Below are positions 1-12,610 of a stretch of 64,000 nt of DNA, in pieces. The position numbers were made by a program, and so were the translations under genes. Below the pieces are notes generated by a model. The model was not told the DNA's origin, searched no databases, and was given only the letters and a program-made list of their open reading frames with translations. Origin of the DNA: Lophium mytilinum (Eukaryota); contig MU004181.1 in assembly GCA_010093605.1 (NCBI GenBank), forward strand, positions 186,001-250,000. Direction: 5' to 3'. The stretch's first letter is position 1; every line of letters begins with the position of its first letter.

Positions 1-3000
1 AAGGGATTCGTTGTTGGTGCTTCAAGTGCGTGAAGAGGTGGTGTGGTGGGCGAGGCTGTCTGGGAAACGTTGTTGATGTCGTTTTGGGTTTGGGGGAGGA
101 GGTGTATTTATAGGTAGGATATACAGGCTGTCGACCTACGGGGCGCACAGAAGGAACAGCACGGGTCCGAAGCGGTGAATTTTGTGGATGTCATAAACAA
201 GCCGAGAGAAAATATGCCAAGCCGGGCGTTGATCCGTCGTGGTGAATGAAATTCTTCGATGTCCGTCCCTGGGCAGCCGATGCTTCTTGTATTGGGCGTA
301 GTCGCGTGTCGGCAAGGGCTCATAATCGAAGCAAGCTATATCTCTCGAAGGAGGCTTGTGGAGGTATGTGTCGGGTAGTATATCATCAAGCTATAAGCCG
401 AAATGGCCGTAATGAATGGCGACGAGATTACCCATGAGTCCCGAGGGGACACCCACACGCAGTGCAGCCAGCGCTTCTGCCCATTATATGGAGGACGAAA
501 ATTTCAGTTTGCCTGAATCCTTTCTTACGATTCAACCCCAAGGAAGTCGCGCGAGCAAAACCGACGTAATCCTCACTGAACTTCGAAGCAAACCTCCTCT
601 GCATCCACCATAGGCCTAATTGCTGTTTCAGAGGCGATTTCTCCTTTTTTCCTCAACAGCTCTTCGCCATCCTCATTTATTTCCTAGGCTCAGCATCCCC
701 CGATCCCAAGTCATTAGACTTTCCCACGGTGCTGGTACTATCATCTCTTTCATCCATTTGCCACTCTAATCCATCGTCATTATCTTCATCCCAGCCAAGG
801 TGCCAGTACTAGGATACCTAGCCAGCAATACGAAACTAACCACAACTCGCTCGCTGCCACGAGATGGGTCCTGGCGACTCTTCCCCGCAACTCCCGTCCA
901 GCAAGCGTTCCGCCGAAGACACCTGTCCGAAGTACAAAGCTAGCATCCCGATTCACCGCAAAAGAATGCTAAAAGAGGTCCACCCCTCGCAGACTGACCG
1001 CATGTGACCCAAATGCGCATCCCCAAACTTGCTTTCGGCGTAAGCAGAATGCTGTCCCAGCGCTGCGAGAGTAATGACAACGGAGCTCCTGGCGTCGTTT
1101 CCTCTGCGCAATCGTTCGGGAAAAGGTCTCGTGTACGGCATTCTACTCCGCGCTCACCCACGACGTCCAAAACGCAGCCATCTTCCTACGCAAGCTAGAC
1201 AGGCCGCAGAAGCTCGGGTATGGAAGCTCGTCACTAAAGTGCTGATCCGCGGCCCCCTATATCTCTCCCGGTGCGATTATCACCTCGGCGACGTTCTACA
1301 TAGCTTTCTCGCACTCGACAGGTGGCAATGTGTTGTCGGCCATAAACAGGATGTACTCGGCGCTATTCAGAATGACCTCCCTGCCTCCACAGCTTGTCTT
1401 CAAGGAATATGTCGTCGCCGATCTAGGAGACTTTCTCACCACAACTCGGCGCGATTGGGGAAAGATGTCGTTCATGGCCGAGTCCTTCGCCGACTATCAT
1501 GGAGATGAGGGGATCTGGGGTTGGGAAGAAGCCTGTGGACTCAAAAAATGAGCTGGCGTCTCAAATCTGTGGTAGGGACATGAGTGCGACACTTAAGGAA
1601 ATGAAGGTGCTAGCCGACCAGATGGCGGAAGCGCAGGCGAGGATTGCAGAGACGAAGCAGTGTCTGGAGTAGGGAAGGATAGAGTCGAGGGATCGTCCGT
1701 GAAGTCTTCTTGTTAGTATAGTAAAAATGTCTTCAGCACGGGAAAGTATTCGGTCTGGCCAACCCCATGACTCGCGAAACATGGAGCATGGTCTCCTTTA
1801 GAGATCAAGAACTACTTCGACACCTGCTTAGTCTCCAGCTCGCAGAAACACTCCAGCAGATGCGCTCTCCACTGCCTCAGAAATATCATCGAGGCGATGA
1901 CTCTCCCTCTCTCTTTCTGCTTTACCATATGCTCAACGCTGATCATGAGCCCCGTATTTCCTAGCTTCCTCCAAGCATCAATGACGCCCTCGACATCCGA
2001 GTCACCCAAGAAACTATCCTGGCGGGCTAGCTCTTTATAAAACTCGATGGTCGCAGTCTACGTTCAGCAGATTGAAGAAGCCTTAGACCGGAGAATCTAG
2101 TGTACCAAAATCCTGCCTAAACTGTACAAGCGTAGCAAGATTCCACGCGGCCCTCATCCACGATTAGCGGAACGAAGGCGCTGTTGCCGTTCCCCATGCC
2201 CTCCAGCCTGAGTGAGGTGGCATAGTGGGCTGCGCTGATCTTCCACTGCTCAACATCTTTCTTGTTGAATGCTTCCTCGTCGATGCGAGGGCCTCGTGCC
2301 ACATCTTAAACAGAGAAACCAAGATTCTCGGCCTGGACTCGACACTCTAGGAGTTCTCTATGACGGTTGTCCTCGTCTCATTCTGCTTGTTTCTCCGGGG
2401 TTCTGGCGGCTACTTCGTTCGAGCCTCCTCGAGATCGGCCGCTCGAAACTTTTCGTGCTCACAGAGAAACAAGAATGAGCTCGTGATCTGTGCTTGTCAA
2501 CTACTCAGGTAAAGCCACAATTGTGCAATGAAGTCTCCAAATATTGCCACCATATGGTAATGCGCCCGAACCGCCATGTGTTCGAAGCGAGCTGGTCCAG
2601 CTGCAACGTTGTAACTCCTCTGAGGCAGGGACGGCGGGCTTAGTACCCTTCCTTCTTGTAACAGCAAATTTCTCCCTCGATCGGGGTTGTAGAGAAGTGA
2701 ACGCAAGGTATTCGAACGAAGCTCGGACGTTCCGCTGCTGATCGTCAAGTCCTCGAATACTCGGCTGAGCATGGCGACGTCTGCAGCATCGAGGTCGTTG
2801 TGATCCCACCTCTCTTCCTTCGATATCTACCTAAATTTCATAATCGCTTGCAGAGGGACCCTCGAAGGAATACCCAGAGCTCATGTGTTCGGGATGGGTC
2901 TCGTTGGTGTGCGCGGAGCTGTCCCAGCTCTACCGAATCCTGCCGCCAGCGCCCCGACGCTGCTGATGATCCAGCCGCTTGAGCTTGGGGAACACCTGTC

Positions 3001-4159
3001 GGGGCGAAGGAGCCTAAAAGAGGATGTAGATATGAGCGTCACCGGGTGGGGCTGGTTCGGCAGTATGCCACTCGAAATGCATAGTTGTGTTCCGCTTCTT
3101 TGTCCATGTCAAAGACTCTGACAGGTAGTCCCACGAAACCGTCTGCTTCACCAAGCTCGCCCTTCGACTCGATCTCGGTTCCTGGTCGGATTGCTGGTCA
3201 CCCATGGCGCTGCCCGCGAACATTTCTCGTGCACAGAGGCTGTCTTCATTCTTCGAGGATTCCCCCTAGCTTTCCCGTCCGCCCTTGGTGTCTAACCCAT
3301 TCTCGCCACTGTGTTATCAAGCTGTTATGCTATTTTCGAGGATTGTCGGGCCTACTACGCGAGCTTGGAGATAAGAGGCCTGTAGCACACTGCGTTAGAT
3401 GATTAATGCCTGTCGCAGACCGAGTTCAACTTACCAATGCCTGATGCACCATTAGCCGTGAGACAATACTATCGTGGTGTGGAGTTTCTGGAGGGGTCCG
3501 CTCTCGTGCCGTCGTTGCGTCTCTGTCGCCTGTAAGAATGCCTTGGACTGTCTACGTGTAGCTGTGGGGGCTGATATAGAGACCGTCGGCTGCTCATCGA
3601 GGTTATGGAGTGAGATGGACTGCTGCGGGGAACAGAGGTGTCCAAGGCGGCTGCGGTTGACCATTGCAGACGGATGTTTTGGAGAACGGACCAGAGTTGG
3701 ATTAAACGAATTCAGCGGGTTGGCGATGCCGTCGTGGAGCTGTTGGTTTTGACGCGTGACGGACGCGTCTAGAGAGTCTATCATGGGATGTCAACATGCG
3801 GAGGAAGCACATGATGGCGTGGTGTTGCCTCGCGACATTGACAGTAGGAGAGTCAGCCTGGGAGCCTACCTCGAATCCGGCTTTGCTCCAAACATCATGA
3901 AGAACTGGACGTCAGGCGGTAAAGACCCGCAACTCCATCCTCTCAGGATCTTCAGGTCGCACAAAAACGCTCAATTTGTGGAAATCTCATCACAGCCCCA
4001 ACAACTTCAAGCAGCAAGAAGTCCAAGAACACAACAAACAGAGAACACCTGCCACTGTCTCACAGCAACACCTCCAAGCCCAGCTTCAGCTTCACAACAC
4101 CACCAATCCCTTCTTCAGCCTCCCGCACAAGGCGAGAAAACCAATGAAAAGAGTTTGTT

Positions 4160-4311
4160 GCCCAGAGGTTGAGCGGACCATCAAAAATTGTGCCGGTTAA
4201 CCCCCCCGAAGGGTGATTAATAGCAGTCCCCTGACGCGTTGTGCAATGCAGGAGGGGTCTGCCAGGTGGACCAGATTCATGAGCTTGGACACCCCAACGT
4301 GGTACCCGCAT
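4160..4311 (-). ncRNA. U1-like spliceosomal snRNA, variant 5' end
   Basis: Minus strand folds by hand into the U1 cloverleaf. Helix H is GUUGG/CCGGC; stem I is GGUG..CCA/UGG..CACC; stem II is GGCAG..CCCCU/AGGGG..CUGCU, with the 10-nt loop AUUGCACAAC (U1A site, 4238-4247); stem III is UUAAUC-ACCC-UUCG-GGGG-GGUUAA. The Sm site AAUUUUUG (4182-4189) is followed by 3' hairpin GCUCA/UGGGC. Length ~152 nt. The 5' arm reads AUGCGGGUACC instead of AUACUUACC. Confidence 0.8.
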
Positions 4312-4348
4312 AGGGTGAGGAGCAGGAAGGAGGCAGAGGGGAGGCAAG

Positions 4349-4356
4349 CTTATATA
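4349..4356 (-). promoter_or_regulatory. TATA box of the U1-like gene
   Basis: TATATAAG on the minus strand, followed by a CT-rich tract, about 45 nt upstream of the inferred 5' end of the U1-like RNA. Confidence 0.55.
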
Positions 4357-6249
4357 GCTGGAGGAGGGCGTCGCCAAGGCGGGTGACTAATCAACACTAG
4401 GCCTATTGCGGAGCTTCTAGAAACTGGCGGAAGGGAGGGCGTGGAAGGCTGGTAGCCGGGCAGTGGAGCGGCTGGTGCCTGTTGTCCTGCCGCAGGCGGC
4501 TGGGTCTGATTCGGCTCTGAGGGTCCCCGGCATAGGTGTGTGCCTCATATCTTAGGCTTCAGGAGACTGGTATGGTCCGCGGGTGGCGTGGGTGGTCAAG
4601 AGTGTCATTGGGCCCGACAGAGCATGATGTGATCTATGTGAGATGTGAAAATGAATTCATTTTGGAAGTATTCAGGTATTGTCTCCGCAACATTCAGATT
4701 TCAACTCTACACCCCGATCATTTGTCGAGTTGTAGTACACAACTGAGGTAGCTCGTCTCAAGTCATGGCCAGGTAGTGTATAGCGCCACTCAATCGTTGT
4801 TGTATCTTGAAAGCAGAAGGAGCTTATTTTCTGCAACCCCTTTCCTCGCCCACCTGATTTCTGCATTCACTTGCCTTGACCGAGCCAAAGATCTTTCGGA
4901 TCCTGCCTACTCCGCATCAGTACCATGAAGTCAGCTATGGTAAGCTCATCGAACTACGCTTGGATGGCGTCGAGCTCTCGATACACGACCTCCGTCTCAC
5001 TAGCTCTGATTAGTCTTGCGAAGTATTCTCTCATTTGCCGGTTGCAGCTACTTGACGTGTAAAAATAGCCGTGCGACCTCCTCCACAGCCCTTCGCCCAA
5101 TCCAGGCTGGAGTGAGACTTGATCAGGACTTTCCGGACCAGGATCTTTTTGTTAGATTGCCCTAGCAGCTACATCGTCCGAGAAGAAGCAACAGGCGTGG
5201 CTAGAAGACGAGGTGAGAGAGGTCGTAGGAGTAGCTGTTGCTGAGATTAGTCGCTCGGGAGATGCCGATTCCCTTATGGGCGAAGGAATGCTCCGTCGTG
5301 ATCACGATGGGCTGTCCGGTTGCTTAGCTGTCACGTGTCCATTATAGGATGCCTGCTGCGGCCAAGACGAGCGATAGAATTGGGGAAAGTGCAGTGGCAG
5401 TGCTGGGGCCTAGTTGAGTGGTGTTGGGAAGTGGATGCTCCCAGTTGTTAGACTCTGGGACGGGACAATGTTCCTACGTTGTGGAGAAGGCTCGCTTTTA
5501 GAGATCAGTGGATCGTCACTAGGCAGAAAAAATTGTGCTTGCTTGTCATGTCTTCCACGTCATGAGGTTACGCGCTGAGCAACTGTGTGAAGACTTGAAT
5601 AGAATTGTCTTCCCGCTAACCCTGTTTGCAATGGCATCTTCTAAACTTGCCCTCGGCAATTAACCGTGAACCCTTTCAACGCCATGCTAACCGGGGAATG
5701 TGTCGTTCCTGATCAATTAGTGTATAGAAACCCGTTTTTACCCCTTGTCCCATAGAGGATTCACAACTCCGTTCCGTCCATTGTCTCAAATGAGAGGCTA
5801 GAAATGAAAACGCTACGCAAGACCCTTCGATTAGGATCAGATCGAGCTGTCGTGCGGGAAACTAGATGATATTGACGTCGAGTATGTGAGATACGGGGTA
5901 TTAGGGAGTCGATAGGTCCAGTATCGGCGACGTAAACGTCGAAGGCGAAAGCGTACTGCGTAAGGCAAAACAGGCTTCGTCCATTCGGGCAGAGAGGGAG
6001 ATTAGGTCTTCTTTACGACGTCCTCTATTGATTGTTATTGATTCAATTCGCGGCTAGGCTTCATTCCAACCCGATTGAAACTCGCCTCTTGCAGTCTGCA
6101 TCACCTCATCCAATACCGAACTTCACCTGGGGCGCAATAATATAGTCCTAGACCGCGTCAGTGTCTATCCGAGTAGAAGATCGCTTGAAGTGTTGACTCA
6201 CTTCACGAAGGAATCCCCCAGTTTCGGCAATGTCCATGTCCATACCCTT

Positions 6250-6700
6250 CTCAAAGCTCGACTCTTCCAGTGACCGTGTCGCTAGCGCCATCGAAAACAT
6301 CATGCTCACCCTCCATGTCTAGTCGATTGATGGCGGTATTGGTGGAACCGACATGGTGCTTATCTATCAGGTCGCACTCGCTGTTCTTGTAGAATGTCGC
6401 ACATCCATCAGCCCACTTTGCTTCTTTTTCTGCCATCGTCCTCGCTCTCGACTTGGGCCAGAAAACTCCAATGTAGTCGGTATGCGCCAGTGAGGAGTAA
6501 AGACAGATGTCGTAAGATCCTAGGTCAAATTCCTGGAGACACACGATATCGGCATTCCGTTCTCGGAGTTCTGCTAGAGTGACTTCTTCCGGTGATCCGA
6601 GGATAGTGCGCGTGAAGGCGTGTACCTAGATTGGGCCTACGTAGCGTGCTTGTTACCGGGCGTATCGTTGCTTGTTACCGGGCGTATCGTAAGTTAGAGC
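6250..6700 (-). pseudogene. CCR4: CCR4 deadenylase (EEP domain) fragment 1
   Basis: Translates to YTPSRAL..CLQE..GVFWPKSRARTMAEKEAKWADGCATFYKNS..NTAINRLDMEGEHDVF, matching the fungal Ccr4 nuclease domain. Has frameshifts, stops and a 22-bp tandem duplication (6647-6690). Confidence 0.85.
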
Positions 6701-7469
6701 CGTGAACGTTTCTTGGCCAGCCCTTGGGCTTCCTTGTCCGAGTGAGAGCCGGTAGGTTCTGGGGCGGACAAGTTGCTCGGCCATGACATTGTCGTGACCG
6801 CTTGGCTTCATATCCCACTAGGTACGGCAGAAATTGCGTAAGGGGCGTTGGTGGCGTTGATGAAGTCTGCATTTCCGAGAGAGGCTCGAGGAAGCGAATG
6901 ATTCTCCAAAGGTCGTCGTGTCCCCTCGGTGAGGCGCAGTAGTATCCAGCAGTGAAGAGGGCCAGTGCCCAGAATGTGAAAAGCACGAGTGTCCGGCACG
7001 TGAGGAGAAAAGAGAGGCTGTCGTCCGTCTCGGTCGCGTGCATATACGGCACTGGCTTAGAGGCATCTAAGAACCTCAGCAGATTAGAACGTGCCGTGGA
7101 AGAGCGGAGTGGGTGACTTGCCGTACGCGGTTCATGTTGACCTCTGCTTCTCGCCGAAGTTTTCCTCGTCTTCGCCGGTAGTGTTTTCGCGACGTTCTTG
7201 TTGCGACCGTAGAATCTGACCACATTTCTGCCGCGGAAGAAGGGCTTGAGGTAATTAGCAGCACTTCGACGTGAAGTAGACGTTGTAGATAGGTTGGAGG
7301 GCGGATGATGTTTCGGGTCGGTCGGCGGCACAACGGGGTTGACACTTGTTCTCACCCAGGTTTGTATCACGAGACCTCACTGAGCGGAACGCTATCTTCT
7401 CTGACATTTGCTATCTACTTCAGATCGATAACCCCTCAAACTCCTCCTTGATTGCTTTGATGCGAGTCC

Positions 7470-8090
7470 ACTTCTCCATGATAGGGTAGACTGGACAGTA
7501 CTTGGAGACTAGACGGATGGTGTTCTCGCTAATAAAAGTTAGCTCTGGATGCTGTGACATGTCACTCTATTAGAACGTGACTTACCTAGTGGTCAGGACT
7601 AAGATGGCACCAGCATTCTGCTCCAGGCTGGCACTGACAGCAGCCATAGCGCAGGTCTCGGTAGTAGGAGCAGGCACAGGGACGACCTCCTCAGCTCAGG
7701 AAAGGGAGATATCCACTTCGGCGGGCAAACAGGTCTTGTGCACCATGGTGACATCCTCGGCCCGCGAACCAACTGTGTATTCCCACCACACGTTTGAGAT
7801 TCCATCAATCCCACCCCAGATAAACTCCACAATCATCCCAGGTAATTGCCCTTGGTGGCCTCGCCTGACAGTATAGCGCAGTCGGTCTGCACCGTTCAAC
7901 ATGACGATTCCTGCCTCGCTCTCTTCAGCACGGGTGGGGCGGGGCTTGTAAGTTATACTCTTCAGGATCTCAGTGGCGCAGATAGCGGGCTTGCCGGCGA
8001 TGTTGCACTTAGTAATCATCCTCTTCTGTGCGATTAAGATCTGGCTTGGAGGAATGTCGATACCGAGATCACCACAGGCGATCATGACGC
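7470..8090 (-). pseudogene. PYK1: Pyruvate kinase fragment (C-terminal half) with retained intron 7529-7585
   Basis: [36 protein letters not shown]; then TETCAMAAVSASLEQNAGAILVLTT | GTAAGT..GCTAAC..TAG | ENTIRLVSKYCPV. Interrupted by stops and unrelated sequence. Confidence 0.9.
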
Positions 8091-8629
8091 CAAACGAAAC
8101 CAGAGTGTCCGCAGTGTCGTTTGCCTTCGTCCTCAACACGTCGGGCTACTTATCGTTGAGGTACCACAGGCCGATGAAACTGTTCACACTGACGTGAGTC
8201 AAGTTGAACGGAGGTGCATCCGGGTGAGTCTCGAAGTCCTTCACATGTTCGTGGACGGCCCTCACTACATGTCAGCAGTAGTACCTAGATCCGGTTTCTA
8301 TCGCCTCACTTTTGATTCTCGAAGTCGCACTGGCACTTGGGTAGGTGGAAAAGAGTTTCGGTGGCTTCGAGCGACTCTTTGACCTTCGCCTTGTCTGGCA
8401 CGTTGACATCGAGGGAGAAGAAGTCAAGGAAACGGACCACAAGCGCTGGCTTCCTGGGAATGTTGGGTTGGGACATGTCGTTAGGCTTCTGTTTGGATAA
8501 ACGATGATAGTAGGATGTGCGCATGCAAAAACGGCAGCTTGGGCGGAGCCTTGGCAGTGTTGAGACGGCCAGCGAAGAGATCGTCTTGCAAAGCATCGGC
8601 AGTAAGATAAGCGTTCGCAAAGCCAGCAG

Positions 8630-8740
8630 CAAGGTTCTCGTCGAAGTTGTTGACTCACTCCCTGCTGGCTCTTGATCTTGGCAATGATCTGGATGTCCTT
8701 GCCCTCTTCGCCCAGGACCTCGACGATGTTGAACAAGATT
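8630..8740 (-). pseudogene. PYK1: Pyruvate kinase fragment (upstream piece)
   Basis: IVEVLGEEGKDIQIIAKIKSQQGV resembles the PK IREVLGEEGKxIQIIAKIENQQGV motif. It is separated from the main PK piece by about 500 bp of unrelated sequence. Confidence 0.8.
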
Positions 8741-9275
8741 TACTCCGGTACGGCTCTCAACGCAAGATGCACGGTAAGTGTCGCGGTCGTCACGGTCGCG
8801 GGGACCATCTCGGTTGCGGCCGCGGCGCACGCCATGGGGCTTGCATAGGTGCTTGTGCTCGAGGCAGGTAGCAAGTTGCTGGACGAAGACCGTCTGTCTG
8901 TCACGCTCGTCCACGGTCGGCATTGGCTCCGGGGTCTTCGTGCAGCGCTTAGGGCTCTCGTCGCAGGATCCACATCGTCCGTATTTGCCTCCACGGTAGG
9001 AGTTGCGGAAACCATCTTTATCTCGGCCGCGGCGCATACCACGGGGCTGATAATGGCGATCTGGGATCTTGAGCGGGTTCGGCGATGTCCACCTCGACAC
9101 TAGTCACCGCGTCTGTCGTCAGGGCGACAAGGGAACCTAGATCTGTGTCTGTGGTGCTGTAAGTCCCTACTCCTGTCACTGTCCGGGGCGTCCATTATCT
9201 CGACGTCGTCATCTTCCTTCTGGATTCTCGTGCGGCTACGATTGCGACGATGGTCTCGATCGCGGTCGTGGGCAC
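8740..9275 (-). pseudogene. RBM39/Rsd1-like splicing factor N-terminal fragment (RS/RD region and start of RRM1)
   Basis: RDRDHRRNRSRTRIQKEDDDVEIMDAPD.. and KTPEPMPTVDERDRQTVFVQQLA (RBM39 family: DERDRRTVFVQQLAAR). The RG-RRGR-RDG segment is internally duplicated (about 8780-8840 vs 9000-9045). Confidence 0.75.
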
Positions 9276-11272
9276 GGGCACAACCCCAGTCAGTGTCGAC
9301 CGGAACTTGTATCCAGGCTTCCATCTCAGATCTGGTCGCCTTTTTGGTGGCGGTCTGCTTGGCTCTACATCCATAGGTGTCGAAAGACATACAGTAAATC
9401 CCCCGCACGTGCAGCCCATATCCGTCGTTCGCTCGAGACAAGAGAAGAGGAGATCGTTGTCCATGTGGAAGGTAGTTGCCCAGCTGGCTAGGGCTTGTGA
9501 TGGACTATTGTAGTGAGGAGTTGAAAGAGGCGGGTTGACATCACTAGCGATATCTTGTGTGGGTTACCATGTTAGTACGTTTGGACAGGAAATCTAAAGA
9601 CGGCGGTGAGGTCACTCACCTTACTCAACAAGAGTCAAACCTCGAGCGGCGCGAGTGGGTGCGTCGTAGGAGTCGGGACGTTCGATGTAGAGGCGCTCGA
9701 AGTTCCGGAGGAGAATCAGGTCTTTGCACGTCCTAAGCAGCGGCAATTGTCATTGTCAGTGTCTTTCTCAGGTCGCGGGAAGATACTCCTGGGTAGCTTG
9801 TCGGTCTGTGGGCTTCGTGGGGCAGCGAGGATGTCGAACGCCAGGAAGAGAAGGTGATGGAGTGGGTGAAGCGAGGAATGAGGAGCTAGGTGAGGCGGCC
9901 GCCGGGGCGGTTCTGGATAGCACGCTGGGCATGGAAAAGTGGCACTGCGAGCGGTCCGTCTTCCTCAGTCGTGTGTCGACGAAATGCGTAAAATCAAGGG
10001 AGATATGGTTGCAGAGCGGGAGAAGTAAACGATAGAAAGTGAGAGGCCGATAAAAGCAAACGAAAAGATGAAGAAAGACGTCAATGAGGCATAGATAGAT
10101 TAGGATTGCTTACGGACTGAGCGCAACGGCGCTAGCGCCACCGTTGAAGCACTTAAGGCGCAGCGAACGGTTGTTGATGAGGAGGGACTAGTACTCTCCC
10201 ACACGATATCTAAAAGATGTGGGAATACTCCTAGAAAGAATTGCATTAAAGAAAAGCCGAGAAGGCCGCCACACGGTCGCAGCTCTTGAGTGGTATAGCA
10301 GATGTTTGTACACGACTGTCAGCGATATTACGGACGACATCATCATCGGATGGTAATCTTATAGAACAAGGCGAACACTACGAACGGTCCCCGCATAGCT
10401 AAGCTGCAGAGGATACACGAGCAGTATTCGAATCGACTTTGGTAAAACTCCTCAACCTTATCTATTACACTCAGACAATTGATCCTGTTCCACTCTCTCG
10501 TCTGTCTCTTTACAGTCTATGGCGATCAGGTATTCTCTTAAATCACGGAACTTGTAAGAGCGGCTATACCACCAAATGTCTTGCACGATGCGCTAGTAAG
10601 ATTGCTTAGAGAAGAAAAGCCCGAGTTTGATGTAATATTCCGCACCTAGCTAGAAAAAATGTAAAAGGAGTTGTTTCAAGGAATCACGGATCCGTTCAAG
10701 CTTATGGTACGCTAAGGGGCCTCTACGAGTTTCCCGGTAGCTTAAAGCTAAGAGTTTCTTTCTCATTAATATTTTCGAAAGTGCATTGAAGCAATATAAA
10801 TAGCGGCAAACAGGTAAACAAAGGCATTCGGGAGATAAGATAGTCGGCACATATAGCAAGCATTCCATCTCGTGCATTCCTGCATGCACCTCTACGTTAC
10901 TGCTTGAGTTGCTTCCACAACTTTGCACATCACATAAAAGTACAGGTTGCCACCTCGTTGATATTGTTTGGGATGTATTGAGACACTATAAACAGCGTCA
11001 GAGATGTATATAGAATGCAAGAGAAAAGCTGCAGTATTGACACATTGATAATCATTGGCGAACTAGATTAGAAATGCTACACTAACGAGGTATAAGATCC
11101 AGTATCTAGGCTCAATCCTTTGAGGAGCTCATGATCCAAACTGAAGTCCTACGAGGAGAAGCTCAGACCTTGTGAACCCTCTCCATGTCCTACCTCCGAA
11201 ATACGCAGCATAGGCGCTGAACACTATCCCACGCGCCTTGAGACCGTCTGTCCTGAACCTTTCGCTCGCCAA

Positions 11273-12610
11273 CTACGCCACGTTGAGGCGACTTTCCGCT
11301 TCCTCGACCAGCTTGTTGATCTGCGCATTGACCACTGCGTTGATCTCCTTGGCCGTAGCAGCAATGTCATCAAGCGAAAGTGGGATGGCGTCGCCCGCCT
11401 TGCCGCAGACTTGAGCCCGTCGAATTAACTCATGAAATCTCCTATAGCAACCGTTGGACTCAGCATCAAATATAAACGTGATGTTGCCTCTACGTTCCGC
11501 CCGGAGCGGCAGTAAGAGGTCTCTCTTGCACTTATAGAGAATCCAGCTAAAGATCTCAAGACACTTGTGGTTAAACAGATCTTGGCGATCGCCTGCTTGG
11601 TAGACGTAGCAAGAGCCATGGAACGTCGACCGACGCAGGCTGGATAAGCCCTTGAGGCTTATCATCATATTTTCCACGTCACCTCTGACCTCGGTGAGAG
11701 TGACAGAACGTATTTGGTCTAGGAACATCGACTCGGTCCGCAGCAAGGTGTCGATGAGGACGTCGCAGCTATCGAACTCGAACGTATTGTGGCGCCAGAA
11801 GTTCTTGTCGGCCATGTTGCGAAGCTTCTTGTTCACCAATCGAAGACACATGTAAGTTGTTATGCACTCCGAGTCAATCGAGTGATTTGCAATGACGAAG
11901 CGGGCGGGGTGGTTGCTGCGAGTTCCGGTGGAGCTATACATAATCACGTCTCCACCTCCTCCGACGGATATATAGATGACTTCATGCAGGAGCTCGTTGG
12001 GTAGAGTTAGTAAAAGACATGGCTCCTTGTTGTCCTTACTGGCGTCCGAATTGTCATACTTATTATCGACCTTGTCCTCTTTTCCGGTGTTGCGTCCGTC
12101 CTCGTGTAGAGTGATCGTCTCTGCATCTGACGTTTTGTCGCCAACTGTTTTGTTGCCTACATTATCTGCAATCTCTCTATAATCTGCAGTCTCTATATTA
12201 TCTGCATCCTGTGCATTATCTGCGCCGAGTCCGGAGCTAAATGCATCTTTCCGAAGGGAGGTGACAGCGTGAGCTGACCCCGTCGCATCCTTCAACTCTA
12301 GACCATTGAAAATGGCGTTTACATTTCCATCTGGCACGTCTTTCCTATTGTCGCTAGGGATCGTACCTAAATCTTGGATGTTTTCCTTGCCAATGGCCGA
12401 CACCTCCTCGTAAGCTCCCTTCGAAAGTCCCCCATTCTTCGGCAACTCTTTGACTAAATGCTGAATGTTCTTGACGGGAGGCAAAAGAGAGAATCCAACA
12501 TCTCCATGCTGCACGGTCTGCTGGTGTCCATCATCCTGAACGTGCCGCTTTATAGCCGAGTCCTAAGTCATATTCTACTTCCCCAAGGGCGGGGTGGGGT
12601 TGCTAACCAT
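11273..12610 (-). pseudogene. F-box-like family member A; probable true start ATG at 12610 is followed by two in-frame TAG stops
   Basis: ORF 11273-12514 (GTG start) has an acidic N-terminus, LLLTLPNELLHEVI and the family C-terminal domain. The in-frame ATG at 12608-12610 is followed by TAG at 12575-12577 and 12563-12565. Confidence 0.7.

Noticed and set aside
860..5560. ORF-like decayed segments (about 0.9-2.1 kb +, 2.1-3.8 kb -, 4.7-5.5 kb -)
   Set aside because: They look like pseudogene debris with scattered stops, but no family could be recognised, so no call is supportable.
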